From Uloborus diversus (lineage: Eukaryota): 64,000 nucleotides of DNA. The number at the start of each line of letters is the position of its first letter. Position 1 is the stretch's first letter. The position numbers were made by a program, and so were the translations under genes. The stretch is from the NCBI RefSeq assembly GCF_026930045.1, contig NC_072731.1:138010156-138074155 (forward strand), written 5' to 3'. Under the pieces are notes generated by a model. The model saw nothing but the letters and a program-made list of their open reading frames with translations, was not told the DNA's origin and made no database searches. Below, in pieces: positions 21,991-35,100 of this stretch.

Positions 21991-22074
21991 GCTGAGTCAT
22001 CCGTTCCCTGGCTCAGCGAAGCTTTAGTCCTCTTCACTGTGTCTTTGCAACTGTGTCAGCAATTAAAAGATAAG
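21991..22074 (+). CDS. Host gene exon; [28 protein letters not shown]
   Basis: Acceptor cttctttttcaatag|G, donor AAG|gtaata; 84 nt, phase 0/0. Confidence 0.45.
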
Positions 22075-22163
22075 GTAATACATTATTTTTCATTCCTCTG
22101 AATTTTTATTACTATTTCCATTCGAAGACTATGCTTGATCTATGTATACATTTCTCTTGTAGG

Positions 22164-22199
22164 TTGCTGTATTTGCTCAGTACAAAGAAATGAATGATG
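22164..22199 (+). CDS. Host gene exon; VAVFAQYKEMND. The 3' boundary is uncertain. It either uses the GAT|gtaatt donor at 22200, or it is the terminal exon reading through to the TAA near 22247
   Basis: Acceptor tctcttgtag|G. Downstream sequence offers both a GT donor and an in-frame stop about 16 codons later. Confidence 0.35.
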
Positions 22200-24279
22200 T
22201 ATAATTCTTTTTTTCTCTGTAATTAACTTTCTTTGTTTAAGAAGGTAAAAGTTATAGTTTTGAGTCTGAATGAAGGGGGGGGGAAATATTTTGTTGTTTC
22301 CACTATTTTTCTCTGAATGGCGTTAAGTTTAAGATGTTATTGAATAGATTGATGTAACTTCTTAATATTTTTAAGTTGTTTTGTTTTCATTTAACTTTAT
22401 AGGAATTTCATTTGTGCCTGAGATATTTTAGTCTTTTATATTGTTTTGTATTACTATTTCCAATGATCTGAGTGAGAGTATTGTGAAAACATTCTATTCA
22501 TTACTTATATGTCTAGTGCAATATGTAAATTTCTTTTCTGATGCATTAGCAGCTGTTTAATTGTTGAAATCTCATGTAAAATATCAGGAATGCTCATCTC
22601 CTAAACTATATTTTAGGAACGATGGCATGTCCCCTCAAATGCTATAGCTGATTCCCCCAACCCCCCAAAATAAATAAGTAAAAAACCCTAAACATTTCAC
22701 CCTAAAAATTTCAAAGGGGCACTGTACAAAATGGACCCCTGTTTGGCTTCCCCAAAAGTATACAAGTGCGCAATGCAGTTTAGTATTCTTTCATCCAACT
22801 TATCGTCACTACTGAGCAGATATTATTTTCATTTTAAAGAAAATATTTATAAATTTATAATAACATGGGAAACGGTTTTCTAATGAGGGGTTGTGACCTA
22901 ACTCTCTAAATCTAATAAACAATTTAAATGATTTTTTTTTTCCACTGCAGATTGAGATTGTTATATTTCAAAATAAATTAAAAATACCTTTTGTATTTTT
23001 TCAACATACATAAAGTCACCAAAAGAATATTTAACTTATTTTTTTCAATCTTAGCACAATATTTGCTTTGTACTACAAAATTAATTTTAAGTGGTCAAAT
23101 TTTGTTAACAATACACTAAATGGGTGGTAATGCTCTTCTCATAAATATTTCTTTTGTTATAGTGAAATATTTATTGTATTTTATTGATCCATTTATTATT
23201 ATTACAATTATACAGTAAAATAATAAATTTTTAAAACTATTTTGGAATTCAATTTCTTTTCTCATAATTATATCCCAGAATATATGCATTAAATACTAAA
23301 ATATTACAAAAATATACATTAAAAATTCCTAAAATATGCACTAAAGATAAAAAGTATACCCTTATATCCTTTTTTTTTACTTACATAGATGTTACATCTG
23401 AATAAAAAAAATGTTGCCGCCCCCGCCTTCTTATTTTATTTATTTATTTTTTTTTTATTTGAATTTTGATACTATTGGTGATAAATATATTAAAACAATT
23501 ATTCACAAGAAAAATTTCATGCATATTAGTTATTTGTATGCCAATAAATCTCAATATTTTCTTCAAAGTTTTCTCCAATTAGTCATTGCCTTGTGACCTT
23601 TAATTTTGCTTTTCAAAATGAAAATACTGTTTCTAATTCTGCGGATGTTATTGAGAAATGTTTGCAATTTTTAACATTGTTCTCAATTTTCTCAAAATTA
23701 AATCACATTTTCATCTTCATCATTGAAAATTCCAACTTTTGAGTACACATTTGCTTCTTTAAATATATTCATGTGGGAGTATTCGAATAACTGTTCTATA
23801 TATAGAGAATGGTAATATGAGTTTTTAAACTTTCAGTCCCTCTGACCCATAAGATGTGTGCGGAATAAACACTCTTAACTTAGTACACTGAGTTACTGAA
23901 AATCAACAATAATTACCCCAAGGGGTAATTATTGTTGAAGGCGTAGTGTTGAATTTCCATGAAATGGCTTTAACTGGTTTATCCATATTCAGTTCTGTCA
24001 TTTCAAAATTTTCCAATTAAGGGCTGCAAAGGGAAAAAACTCAATGTAAATTATCCCCAAAAAGCCATAAAACTACACCCACTTACATGCAAGTGCATTT
24101 CCCAAAGCTAACAGGGTAATTGCTCCCCCCCCCCTCCAACTCCCTAAATAATGAGCCTGTTTGTAATTCATTTAAATTTCTTAAATTTTGAAAAAAATCT
24201 TTTAGGTTTTTTTTTCGGAGTAAAAAGAGCAATGGTGAGCAATTATTTTAAAATTTCCGTTTTTGGCTATTTCCATGCT

Positions 24280-26328
24280 TGACTTACACTACATTTGGAA
24301 AACTTTCAAACACTGTATGGTTGATTTAAAAAAAATTTAGTGTTTTATAAAATATCTGTGGCTTTGGTTTTCTCGACACATGTACTATTTTTAGCAGTGC
24401 ATAAAGTTTGTTTACATATTTTACTTTAATATTTACAAATGAAATTGCGATGATGTGACTTACACTAACGGAAAAAAAGTCGTTTTTCGGCTATCATTTC
24501 AACTTATGTTTTCTTCCTCATACATTGCCTAAACAAAATTCTATTAATGCAGTCTTATTACTAAGGTTCTGAATATCAACAGGTGGAAAACAAAAAGATT
24601 CTAGATTATATAATTTTTTTAATGAATATTATTCTGTATGACTTACACTACCACTGTAGTGTGACTTACACTACATTAACATAAACGGTACAGTTAAAAT
24701 GTGAAACATAATTAAACTAACCTATCACACATTTTTAAAAATCAAAATTAGGAAAAGTATAGGGGGTTTAAGTAATTTTATTATGTCCTTTAGTCAAATC
24801 AATATCTGAAAGTCTTCCTTCTCAGGCCATATGAAGAAAAAAAATCCTTTCCATTGCAGACATTTTCTTTCCTAACAATTTATGCAGTAAAATGCTTAAC
24901 AACCCTTTTTCGCACGAATGGGACTAATGGTATAGATTTGCATGTTTCTGCATCAAGAAAGTAAGCCATTGCAGTGATTTGAAAAATTTTTTGAAACCCA
25001 ATGGGCTGATTAAATTTCATCTTGAAAACAAAAGTTATAATTTTCACTAAAATCGAAAAAAAAAAAAGTTTGGGGGATGAGGGGGGGGGGGGGAGGCTGT
25101 ATCCCTTTTACTTCCAAGAAAAGGTTTCTTGTTGGCTTTTAATATAAACATGTTGTAGGAACTGTGGCTTTTTTTTTTTTCAACATTTTCTTCCAACGTT
25201 GAAAAAATGCTTTGCCTTGAGACTTTTTGTCTCATCTGCTATCCACTGGAAATATTTGATCTCCTCTTCTAGTTCTTTTTCAGCTAAAATCTTGAGTAAT
25301 ATTGTGCAGATTTTTTAAGTTTCCACAGTGAACCACAATTTTGGTAGAAGCAGTCTTCACAACTTTCCTCACACATGAATTGGTCAAAGTTCACAAAATT
25401 TAGACAGACCAATGTTGAAATCAGAGCATTTTCATTTTTGAAATTTGCACATTTTTCTCCTAAAGTCATGAATAGATATATATTTTATGTGCTTTTGCTT
25501 TCTTGACATCTTTATGTCTGATGTTTGCTAAATCTTTTACTTCAGGTTCCTGAAAAGATATGCTATCTTTTTCAGAAAAACCTTTTTGCTTGCTATTTAC
25601 TTGCACTTTTATTTTGTCACTTATTTTTGTGACTCTTGATTGTTGAGGGGTGGTGATGACAACATGTACGGTACTAACAGGTGAGCCATTTTTTAAAAAA
25701 GAACTTTGCTTTCATTTGTTCTTCAGTCCAGGCTTCTCTTAACTTTAGCAATGACTTTTTCAAATGAACTTGGACTTCTGCATGCTTTTCTAGGAGAATC
25801 CAAATTTGAATTAAAAGACTTACTAGCTTTACTGGCTTTTTAAGCTTTCTTTGCTTTTTACAATTTTCTTATTGTTTTCTCTTTTCTTTGCATTTTTCAG
25901 CTCTTTTTTCATCAATAGTCATCGTTTTTCCTCTTTTATCTGTGTCGATTCTTTGGACTTTTTTGATTCATCATTATCTTTAAAAGCTTGAAAATTTTCC
26001 ACTCGCTTTTAATCTTTCTTTGTTCTTTTTTTCCTTCAGATGCTGTTTTTGCCATCTACAGAAAAAAAAAATGAACAAACATAATAATTTTGGTGGCAAA
26101 ATTACTTCAGACAACGAAGAAATGGCAGTGACTTACACTACATTGTGACTTACACTACAAAACCAAAATGATTAAAATTCGAGGGAAAAGATTTATTCTA
26201 ATAAATGAAAACTTATGTTTATGAGGAGGTTAGAATAGAGGGGGAGATATTTAAAACATTTTGAAAATCCAATTTAATTTATGAAATTTAAGCAAACTTT
26301 AGTATTTTTTTTTTGTGACTTACACTAC
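24280..26328 (+). repeat. Array of seven direct copies of the 13-bp motif TGACTTACACTAC with unrelated spacers
   Basis: Copies at 24280, 24456 (one mismatch), 24639, 24662, 26129, 26146 and 26316 are all in the same orientation. Spacers are 163, 170, 10, 1454, 4 and 157 bp and show no mutual similarity. Confidence 0.6.
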
Positions 26329-26834
26329 AAGCTAAAACGTGTAATTTCATATGTATGCTTGCTAAGCCATAATTGCATTAAAGTAATCTTTTGAAAAGTT
26401 CATTTATAATAGTATAGATAGTGTATTTCAGGAATTCATGCTTGAAAATCTCAAAAAAAATTAACTTACCTTTTGTATCAGCTATTCAAAATGGACCAAA
26501 AATAAGCAACCACTTTTCTAAAACACAGCAGCCATTTTGAAACAATAGTGTTCATACTAAATAACTTCAAAATTGCTGTTAATTGCAAAATTTAATAACT
26601 TCAGATATCCCTATAAGATATATCATAATATGAACTCTGGAAAAAAAATGTTTTTTAAATACACTTTGGTATATATTTGCATAGAATTAGCCTTTTATGA
26701 ATCTTCATACACTTTGGTCAAACAAAATAAAATATACTATTACTTATACACATATGAATTTTTTTATAATCTGAACTCTCGGCAAATAATTCGAATCAGT
26801 AACTAACTTTTTAGTAACTTACTCAGTGCTAGTA

Positions 26835-28037
26835 CAGTGAAACCTCCCTTAACGAACACTCCCGAATAACGGACACCTCTAATTAACGGACAATTTTGCA
26901 AGTCCCAGTCCCTCAGTATAGGCCATTCCATGTAATTCACTCTGAATAACGGACACTCCGAATAACGGACAGTTATTTCACAAAAAATTTCCCTTGCGAT
27001 CGTAGCACTTCCGTTTTTTTTCTTTTCACAGAATATCTTAGTAACTGCTTGCCTTACAAAGCTTTTCATCCTCCACAGCTGATATTCTCCACCCCCCCCC
27101 CCCCCCCCCCCCGTCATTTCCTTATCACTGTTTCTTGGAATTAAAAGGGTGGTAATGGGCAGAGGCAGCGATTGGGGCTTAAAAGTGGGGGTCAGAAAAA
27201 AAAACTAAAAGACATGGTACTTTTTGCGAGCAGCGAAAAATAAAAAAGAAAAAAAAAGTCATAATTTTGTTACGGCTAGTTTTGAGAGTGTTGAAGCAGA
27301 TAAGTGAAAGCTGATGTCAGTCTAACAATTAACATACGTTTTTCTTAAGATTTTAATGAATTTTGTACACAATAACTATTCAAAAGTTAAGATAAAAAAG
27401 AGGAAACTGGGTGTTTTTTCTAACTGGGGCTCTCGGGAGATGCAATTGAGCAGACCAGCGCCGGTAGTAGTCGGCTTTATGGCGCCGTGGTTTCGTTGGG
27501 TTGTTTAATTTTTAGACAAGAAAAAGATTTGCTCATATTCAAGGTCATTTTGCCAACTGTCAATCATGCAATAGTGATACTCGAGATAAAATAAATAAAT
27601 TAACCATAAAAAATTTGCACAAGTAGAGAATTTTCGGAAGCACTGAAATACAGTATAGAATTGAAAAACTTTTTCCTGAGCAAAGGGGACACTGAAGGAC
27701 TTGCTAAGGTAAATGATTTAAATATTTATATTGAGAAACAGTCTTGTAATGCAAAAAAGAGATGTCAAACTGTTTTAACTGATTACTTTAATTGATTAAA
27801 TGCTTTTTAAGACAAGTGTGTGCTGTCAGTATACTTTTATTAAGAAAAAACAGATTAATTACTCTTGACGTAAAATGTAGTAAACCTTTCGCAATTGTTT
27901 CGATTGTGTTCTACAAAGGGTACAACAGCCCATTTTGTAAAAAGGTAAATTAAGTAGTTCCTCCTAATAGCAGACACCTCCCAATAACGGACAAAACTTC
28001 TAGTCCCTTGACTGTCCGCTATTCGGAGGTTTCACTG
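26835..28037. mobile_element. Tc1/mariner-type non-autonomous element (1.2 kb) with IR/DR-like ends
   Basis: Termini CAGTGAAACCTCC... / ...GGAGGTTTCACTG are flanked by TA at 26833..26834 and 28038..28039. There are multiple sub-terminal copies of AATAACGGACA (four within 120 bp at the left end, two plus one inverted at the right end), resembling transposase-binding DRs of IR/DR Tc1 elements. Only short spurious ORFs. Confidence 0.7.
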
Positions 28038-31000
28038 TATAATGTTCTCTACCAGCAGCTAAATCACAATTTTATGGCTCAGATGCTGATCAACTACGAA
28101 GCCATTAAAATAACAAAACATGCTATCTGCTTTGAGTTTCATCCAGGGGCGGATACAGAAAAATACTTGGAGAAGGCTCGGGAAATTGACTAGCCCCCCC
28201 CCCCACACACACACATTTGATGTTTCATAACATAGTTTTCACGACTTTATTAAAAAAATTTTTTTATTAATTAATTTTTTTTAGGAATCCTTTAAGTCAA
28301 ATGACTCTTCTTCTAAGTACTACATAAGTAATATGCTGCACTAATATACCTTGAACGACGAAAAACGTCTTTAATGTTTCAAGCCAATTAAATACTAAAC
28401 CCAACATAATGTTACCGAGATGTTATACAATAAGCAGGGTTTTAATTAAGAACATTGTCATAATGTTTATAACACGAGGGCTAGGTTATTAAATAAACCC
28501 ATACCTCATTTGAGTTTTTATAAATTAATTTATATTTTAACTAAAAAATATTATTTGATGAAAAAAAAATCATAACTTCATAACATATAAGTTTTATTGA
28601 AAAATTCTTAAACTATTTATGTGAATTTCAAAGCAGTTGCTGATTTGTTCTTAAAGCTATAATACAGTTGAGATAACATATTGATACTGCTGGCGTTTCC
28701 ATTATTAATGGTTTTTTCCAGAAACTACCATATGATTTCTTTCATTTTATATTTTTGATAAGCTGAAATATAAATCTATTATTTTGCAAATAGACTCCTG
28801 GATCAAAATGACTCTTTTAGGTGTGCCTACACATGTTTTGAAAAAATTTTAATTATTGATTCCATCAAAGAAAAATTAGTGAACGAATTGAACAATACGT
28901 TCCCTTGAATTCGAAACCAGTGAGTTAGTTAAATGTATTCTGCAACTCTAGGCCTCTGACTCCAGTATTACTTCTTTAGTAAACAAAAATGCTTTTATTT
29001 AAAATATGCTGTGTGTGTTTTGTGTTCTTTTTAATTAACAACATATATTTTAAAAATGCAAAAGAGAAGTCATTTAAAAAATAATAAATAAAATAGTTAA
29101 ACTATTCATCCTTGGGGGGGAGTCACTGCCCGCCTGACCCCTTTCCACTAAAATCCACTACTGGTTTCATCTGATCATACTTAGCAACAAAATTGGCAAA
29201 TGAAGTAAATGTACAAGTTTAATTAAGGACGCTACTAATATGCATGCCTAACTATATTCTGTTTGATAGAATTGTGTTTAAGCAGCATCATAGTTTATTA
29301 ATATTAGTTGAAACATTAGAAGCAAATTTAAATTGAATTTTCTTAGCCTGGTTTGGAATAAATTACAAATATTTATCACTTTTGCTTTGCCTATATACTT
29401 TCTGTGTAATATGTTTGTATTTTATATGGTGCTGTTTTTCTTTTGAGTCAGCTCTTAAATTTTATCATATTATTGGTGCTATTGAATTTTTCCAAAGGTT
29501 TTTAAAATTATTTTGGCATACTTCTTTATACATATATTTTTTTAATTTGAAATACTACCTAGCATTTTGGTTATTGAAGTTCTTTTTTTTCTTGCAACTA
29601 TCATTTTAATTATGCAATATTTTCTGTACATGAAGCAACAAGGCATAGCATCAATATTAATTCTTAAACTACCAGAAAGTATCATATCAAAACTAGATTT
29701 AAAATTGAAAACTCCACAATCATAATGAAAAAGGACTTGAACTAATATTTGATTACTCCTGTTGTTTACAACATGTTCTTTTAGTTAATGATTTGTTTGA
29801 CAATAATCATGTATGAAAAAATCCAGAAATGTAAGTACTGAGTCATTCAACTCTTAACATCTGCAATGGACCACAGCCTGCATACCAGAAAAGTAGTTAC
29901 ATTATCTACTCAGAAATGAACTCATTTTATAATCCTTTTTCTTACTTTTCATTTTAGATATGACTTAAATTTTGTTTACTTAGCAAGCTGTTTAGAACCA
30001 GCTTTATGACTATTTTCTATAAATCACTTGTGTCACAACCCATTTGCTTCATATCTAAGCTTTCCATTGTGTTATGTTGAATTACAGTTCAATATTTATT
30101 TATTGTGATATTTCTCAAACAGTACTGTTGAATATTGTTTCACTTAAACTTTCAGTTCTGTTATGTGAAGAACATGTTGAGTATAACTTTATAAATAGTT
30201 CAATATTTATTTTATTAATTGCTTTTTTTATCAAACAGTACAGTTAAGTATTGTTCCACAAAAAGGCTGAATGAATTTTTCATAAGTTCCTATTTATGTT
30301 TGGGGAAAATACTATAAAAAGTTTCATGCAGTATGTTTTGTAACTAAAAGAATTCATATCTCGCTCGCTATTATTTTATTTTTAAGAATGCTAATAACTA
30401 AGCTTTTATGTAATTTCTTAAAAGTCAAAGGTGTTAGTAAACATTTTGTACACTAGAATGAATGTATTTCACATCTCTAATTAAATGTTAGTCTGTTTAG
30501 TGTCAATTTGGAGCTGTTTGAGATACAAGATGTTAGTGTAAAAATCAATGCATATTAAACATGTTAACTCTCAGGGGCAGATAAAACTTGCAATCTAAAA
30601 TATATTGTATGTCAAGTGAGGATTAAACCAGGTGCATCTTCTCTAGTTTGTTTTAGACATTCCATTGTTTTAGACATTCGTTTTAAGTGGACTTAATATT
30701 TTCTTTATTGATTGAGTCTCAATGTTCGATTTTTTTTTTTTTTTCAACTATCACTTGTATTCCTTATTGAATTTTGAGAATAATACATACATCATGATGA
30801 ATATGAATTTTGAATTAAACTCGAGTGCCCAATTTTTGAAAATCGGGCACAGGCTTTAAGCCCAAATTCGGATAAGAGAGGGCAGGGAGAAATAGGTTTA
30901 CGTTCTTCAAATTAGTTCTCATAAAAATTTGCTGAAATGAGTTCTTTTTACTTTAAAAGAGTACCTGACGAGAAAACATTAGGAATTTTTCATCTTTGAA

Positions 31001-31084
31001 TTGGGTGAAATTGTTCAAAAAAAGGAAGTAATGCCAATTATATGTATATTTTGAGTACAAATAATTTATTTAAGCAGTTTCCTG

Positions 31085-31085
<1 letters not shown>

Positions 31086-31123
<38 letters not shown>

Positions 31124-31124
31124 T
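31086..31124. repeat. (ATT)n microsatellite, about 13 units
   Basis: Direct reading. Confidence 0.95.
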
Positions 31125-32104
31125 AAGTTTCTTAATTGTTTCCAAAACATAAATTGTTCACATTGTATCATAGTACCATATGGAGTAGTTCTACTGGCAT
31201 GAAAGTTGTATTGCTTGCACTTTTAATCTACCCCTGGTTACTATCACTATGTTATTGTGGCAATCTACAGTGTCTTCCATCATTTTTTGTGTCTGCTAAT
31301 ACTAAGAGGCTTGAAGGATACTAGCAAACAAAGTTGCCTTTCATGTAAGTTGTCCAGATGCACTATTCACAAAAAAACTTGTTGCATCACATACACTGGA
31401 CATTAGTGTGTGTCTATTTCTTTGGTAGTTGATGTTGATTTTTGAGTGAACTGTGATAATATCCGTAATAAGTGGATTTCAAAACCGTCTCACTGGTAGA
31501 TTTTTAGTCGTTATCTTGTAGAAGGTGAGGAAATAGTTATTTGAAATAGCAATAAAATGCATGAAATAGTTTAAATATCACTCAGAACTATATTATGCAT
31601 TAATACTGCTTTTTACCTTGATCTCTTCATGAACTTGCTGTGTATACAATGCAAGAAAATCTTTTTTTTATTGTTGGCATTGTGCAGAGAAAAATTAAAG
31701 AATGAGGATTTGAAGTGTTTCAAGTGACTTATGTTTTCTTTTTCTACTAAATAGTAACTGTTTATTAAAATTTGTATTTTATTGTGTTCAAATATTGGTA
31801 CTACATATAGAACTTTTTCTCAATGTGAGACACATTTAAGGGTACACCTTGAATTTTTATTAGCTACAAAGCGACTCTGTGTTGATTAGCAATGCCGTAA
31901 TAGAACTAAGTTCTTCTTATTCAGTAAGTTACTGCCCTATAGCCAGGGCTAAGGCAGAAATACATGAAATACACCGCCAGCTGAGTCAATTCTAGCCGAG
32001 GACTGCAGTTTCGTGCTAATTAGCACGAATCTGCTAATTAGCACGAAAAAGAGAAGACTAGCACTAGAATCAAAATTGATTCTTCAAATTTTTCGGTATG
32101 GAGC

Positions 32105-32107
<3 letters not shown>

Positions 32108-32140
<33 letters not shown>
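32108..32140. repeat. Poly(T) tract, about 33 nt
   Basis: Direct reading. Confidence 0.95.
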
Positions 32141-32141
<1 letters not shown>

Positions 32142-35100
32142 AACACTTATTATTTTAATGTTTTATGATTTTTACACAAAAATTAGCAAGTAATCAAACA
32201 CTTTTCTACCTCAGTGCAATGAGTTTCAACTGCAATGCTATGTTATTTTTTTATTGTAAAATAGTTAATTTTTAAAAACGTGTTTAAACTTACTTATAAA
32301 CAATATCTTGTTTAATGCATTGTGTAACTTTCAAATGACTATTTTAAATGAAATATTAGATGTTTTAATTGACATAGTTCCTTGTGTATTACCTTGATAT
32401 ACATTTTAAAGCATTTAGTCCTTCAAACATAAAATGTCTTTTTAATTTTATATAAGTTTAAAATTATGTTAAAATCGAAAATTAAAATGAAAAAAATGTT
32501 GAATATCAACCAAAACTTTGCTAATTGACAAATATTTATCATTGTCTTTGTCTGAACTGTTAAAAGTCAATGTGATAAGCTAGGTAATTATGGAAGATTT
32601 TAGTTATATCCAATGTAATTCAAAAACTGATTAAAGTAATTGTTATGATACAGTTTTCTATGCAGACAGTTTGTATGTACCCTTCATAAAAAATAGTTTG
32701 ATGTTTTCTCAAAATACTCTTACCTAATCTGAAAAAATATTCTTGTTAACTAACACATTTATTTTGGAAATTTTCAGTTATATACCTTTCTGCATTTTGT
32801 CATTTGTGTTTCTATAGTATTCCGAAAGCTTAATCATTGTATATAAACTAAATTTTTATACTTTTAAAAATTCTAACATTCTTAGCATAGTTCTAAATTG
32901 AAGTAAAGTGATTTTTTAAGTCCAAATTTATATGTCTGAATAAAATTTTAAAGACTTAATTTTATTGCTCTTTTTTAATTTACAAAACTTTCTTATAAAT
33001 TATGACTGCAAATATCAATATTTGCTGAAAAGATTTAATTATTTTTCTCAGTTTATCAGAACAAAATTTTAAAAGTTATTTGTTTTAATCTTTATCCAAT
33101 ACAAATTCAGGAATCAGATTAGAGTCTTGATTTGTGCATTGTTTCATTTAAATAAATCAGAAAACAATTCACATCTGTGAACTTTCTCTTTTATAGTTTC
33201 ATTTCAACTTAAACTTTTAAAATGAACCTCTACGAATTGGAAATTATGTGAAAAAGAGAGAGGAAGAGGACAAGTTTCTGATACTGTGAGGTTTTCGACA
33301 GTTAAAAACATTTTTACTTAAATGTTGTTTTTTTTTACTAGTTTTCATATTGCAAAAAAGCTTTTACGATAGTTTTTTCTCTTAATTTTTAGGTAGTTCA
33401 TAGTTTAAGTTTTTACTCATAGTTTTCATTAGAATAAAAAGTATTTCAATTATAGTAATCTGCTTCACATTTGCTTCTTTCTAACTGTAGAACAAATGGA
33501 TTATTTCCGAATTCTATCCAAGATAATATGGAAGAATGTGTTGACCGTTTTTAAACCCTATTTTAAAGATTTAAGATAGCTTGATTCCCCCTCCCCCCAT
33601 TTTACTGACTTAGAATATCTAAAGTCTCAGAAACTATGCTCAATTTATGACCTGTACATTTCTCCAATATCTCACTAAAGGAAGCTACACACAAATATAA
33701 ACACATTTCTAATACATAAATATTCATATATTTCATTCATTTATTTGCTGAATATGGTTTTTTAGATGAATCCTAATTCAACACTGACTTGTTTTTATAT
33801 TACTTCTTCTTGTTTTCTTCTAGTGGTATAGAATAACTCTTTTATTAGATGAAAAACTAAACTTTCAAAGCATTAGTCTTGGTTTGCTGAGAAATAAAAA
33901 CGGCTAAATGTGCGATAAGATATCACAGATTTCATAATTTTATAAGCATCTTTCGAAGTCAAAAATTAAATCATTCTCTTCAAATAGTTACCTCCAGATT
34001 CAGAGTTTCCATTAATTTTGCACAAAGAGAGCAGCTCCTATTACAATGCTTGAAAGAAAAATTAGAATAAAAGTGGGATTCCCCCCCCCCTCTATTCATA
34101 AACAAAATATAATAATACAATGTGAACTGCATCTGAAAATTTCGGATTATATGTTCCTAGACAAGATAAAAAAAAAAGGTAATTTTTCTATCAATAGGGC
34201 ATAAAATGTTCAAATAATTATTAACTGATGAATTAATCAAATGCTTTGCACTGTTCTAAATAGAAAGTAAATTTTATATTCAATAATAAAGAGAAAGAGT
34301 TCATAAATCAAAATCTATGTATTTAAAAAATACCTTCTTCACAAATGTATAAAAAGAAAAAAAAACATTGACTGCATTTTTGTTTTCTTTAAAATTTAAC
34401 AATATGTAAAATTCAATAACTTGGTGTGACTTTTCTTTTTGATTGAGCCCAGCAAAAGCTCAGTTTTGCTGGACAACCAACAGGAATAGCAAACAGACCA
34501 AAACTATTGTCTCACCTTAGAGTTTCCATTTTTATTCCATTTCATCTTTTTCCTTAGTTTTTCTTTTTTTTTCTTTGTATCTTTATGGAGAGCAAACCTA
34601 TTTTTTTTCACAATCTTTGTTTTTGATGTTCATGTTCCTTTTAGCTTGTATATTTTTCTTTTGGCTGAACTAAAATGGGTTTAATTTTAAAATGGCTTTT
34701 GATATTGCATAGCAAAACACACAAATTTAGTTTTACTAATTCAACGATAATTTTTAGAAAAATAGTATTGAATATATACTCAAAATATGAAAAAGCAGAA
34801 AAATAAGAGAAAGCTTGTCCCTAATTAAGAAGTTTCCCTTAAACATTTTCAATACTATCCCTCCCAATTAAATAAACATTTATTCATAAAATCATTGTTT
34901 TTTCTTCCAATTTCTTTACTTAAAATTTATCTATTTTATGTTTGTGATATTGTGCACTGTTGTATGTTGATATATAAGAATTTAAAATGTATTTTATTCT
35001 GTTCTGTAAAAACTCTGAAATTATTTTGCTCTTTACAGTCGGTTCAAAACGTATTTTAAATCATATTTTAGAAATGTTCAGTCATAAAATAATGTGTGAA

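Noticed and set aside
25284-26060. Lys/Glu-rich reverse-strand reading frames in the T-rich block 25500..26060 as a possible gag-like gene
   Set aside because: There is no ORF longer than 60 aa in any frame and there are frequent stops. It is most likely low-complexity or a decayed repeat.
24280-26328. CRISPR array (13-bp repeats with unique spacers)
   Set aside because: The host is eukaryotic, the repeats are too short (13 bp), the spacing is irregular (4 bp to 1.45 kb) and there are no cas genes. It is kept as an unexplained repeat array instead.
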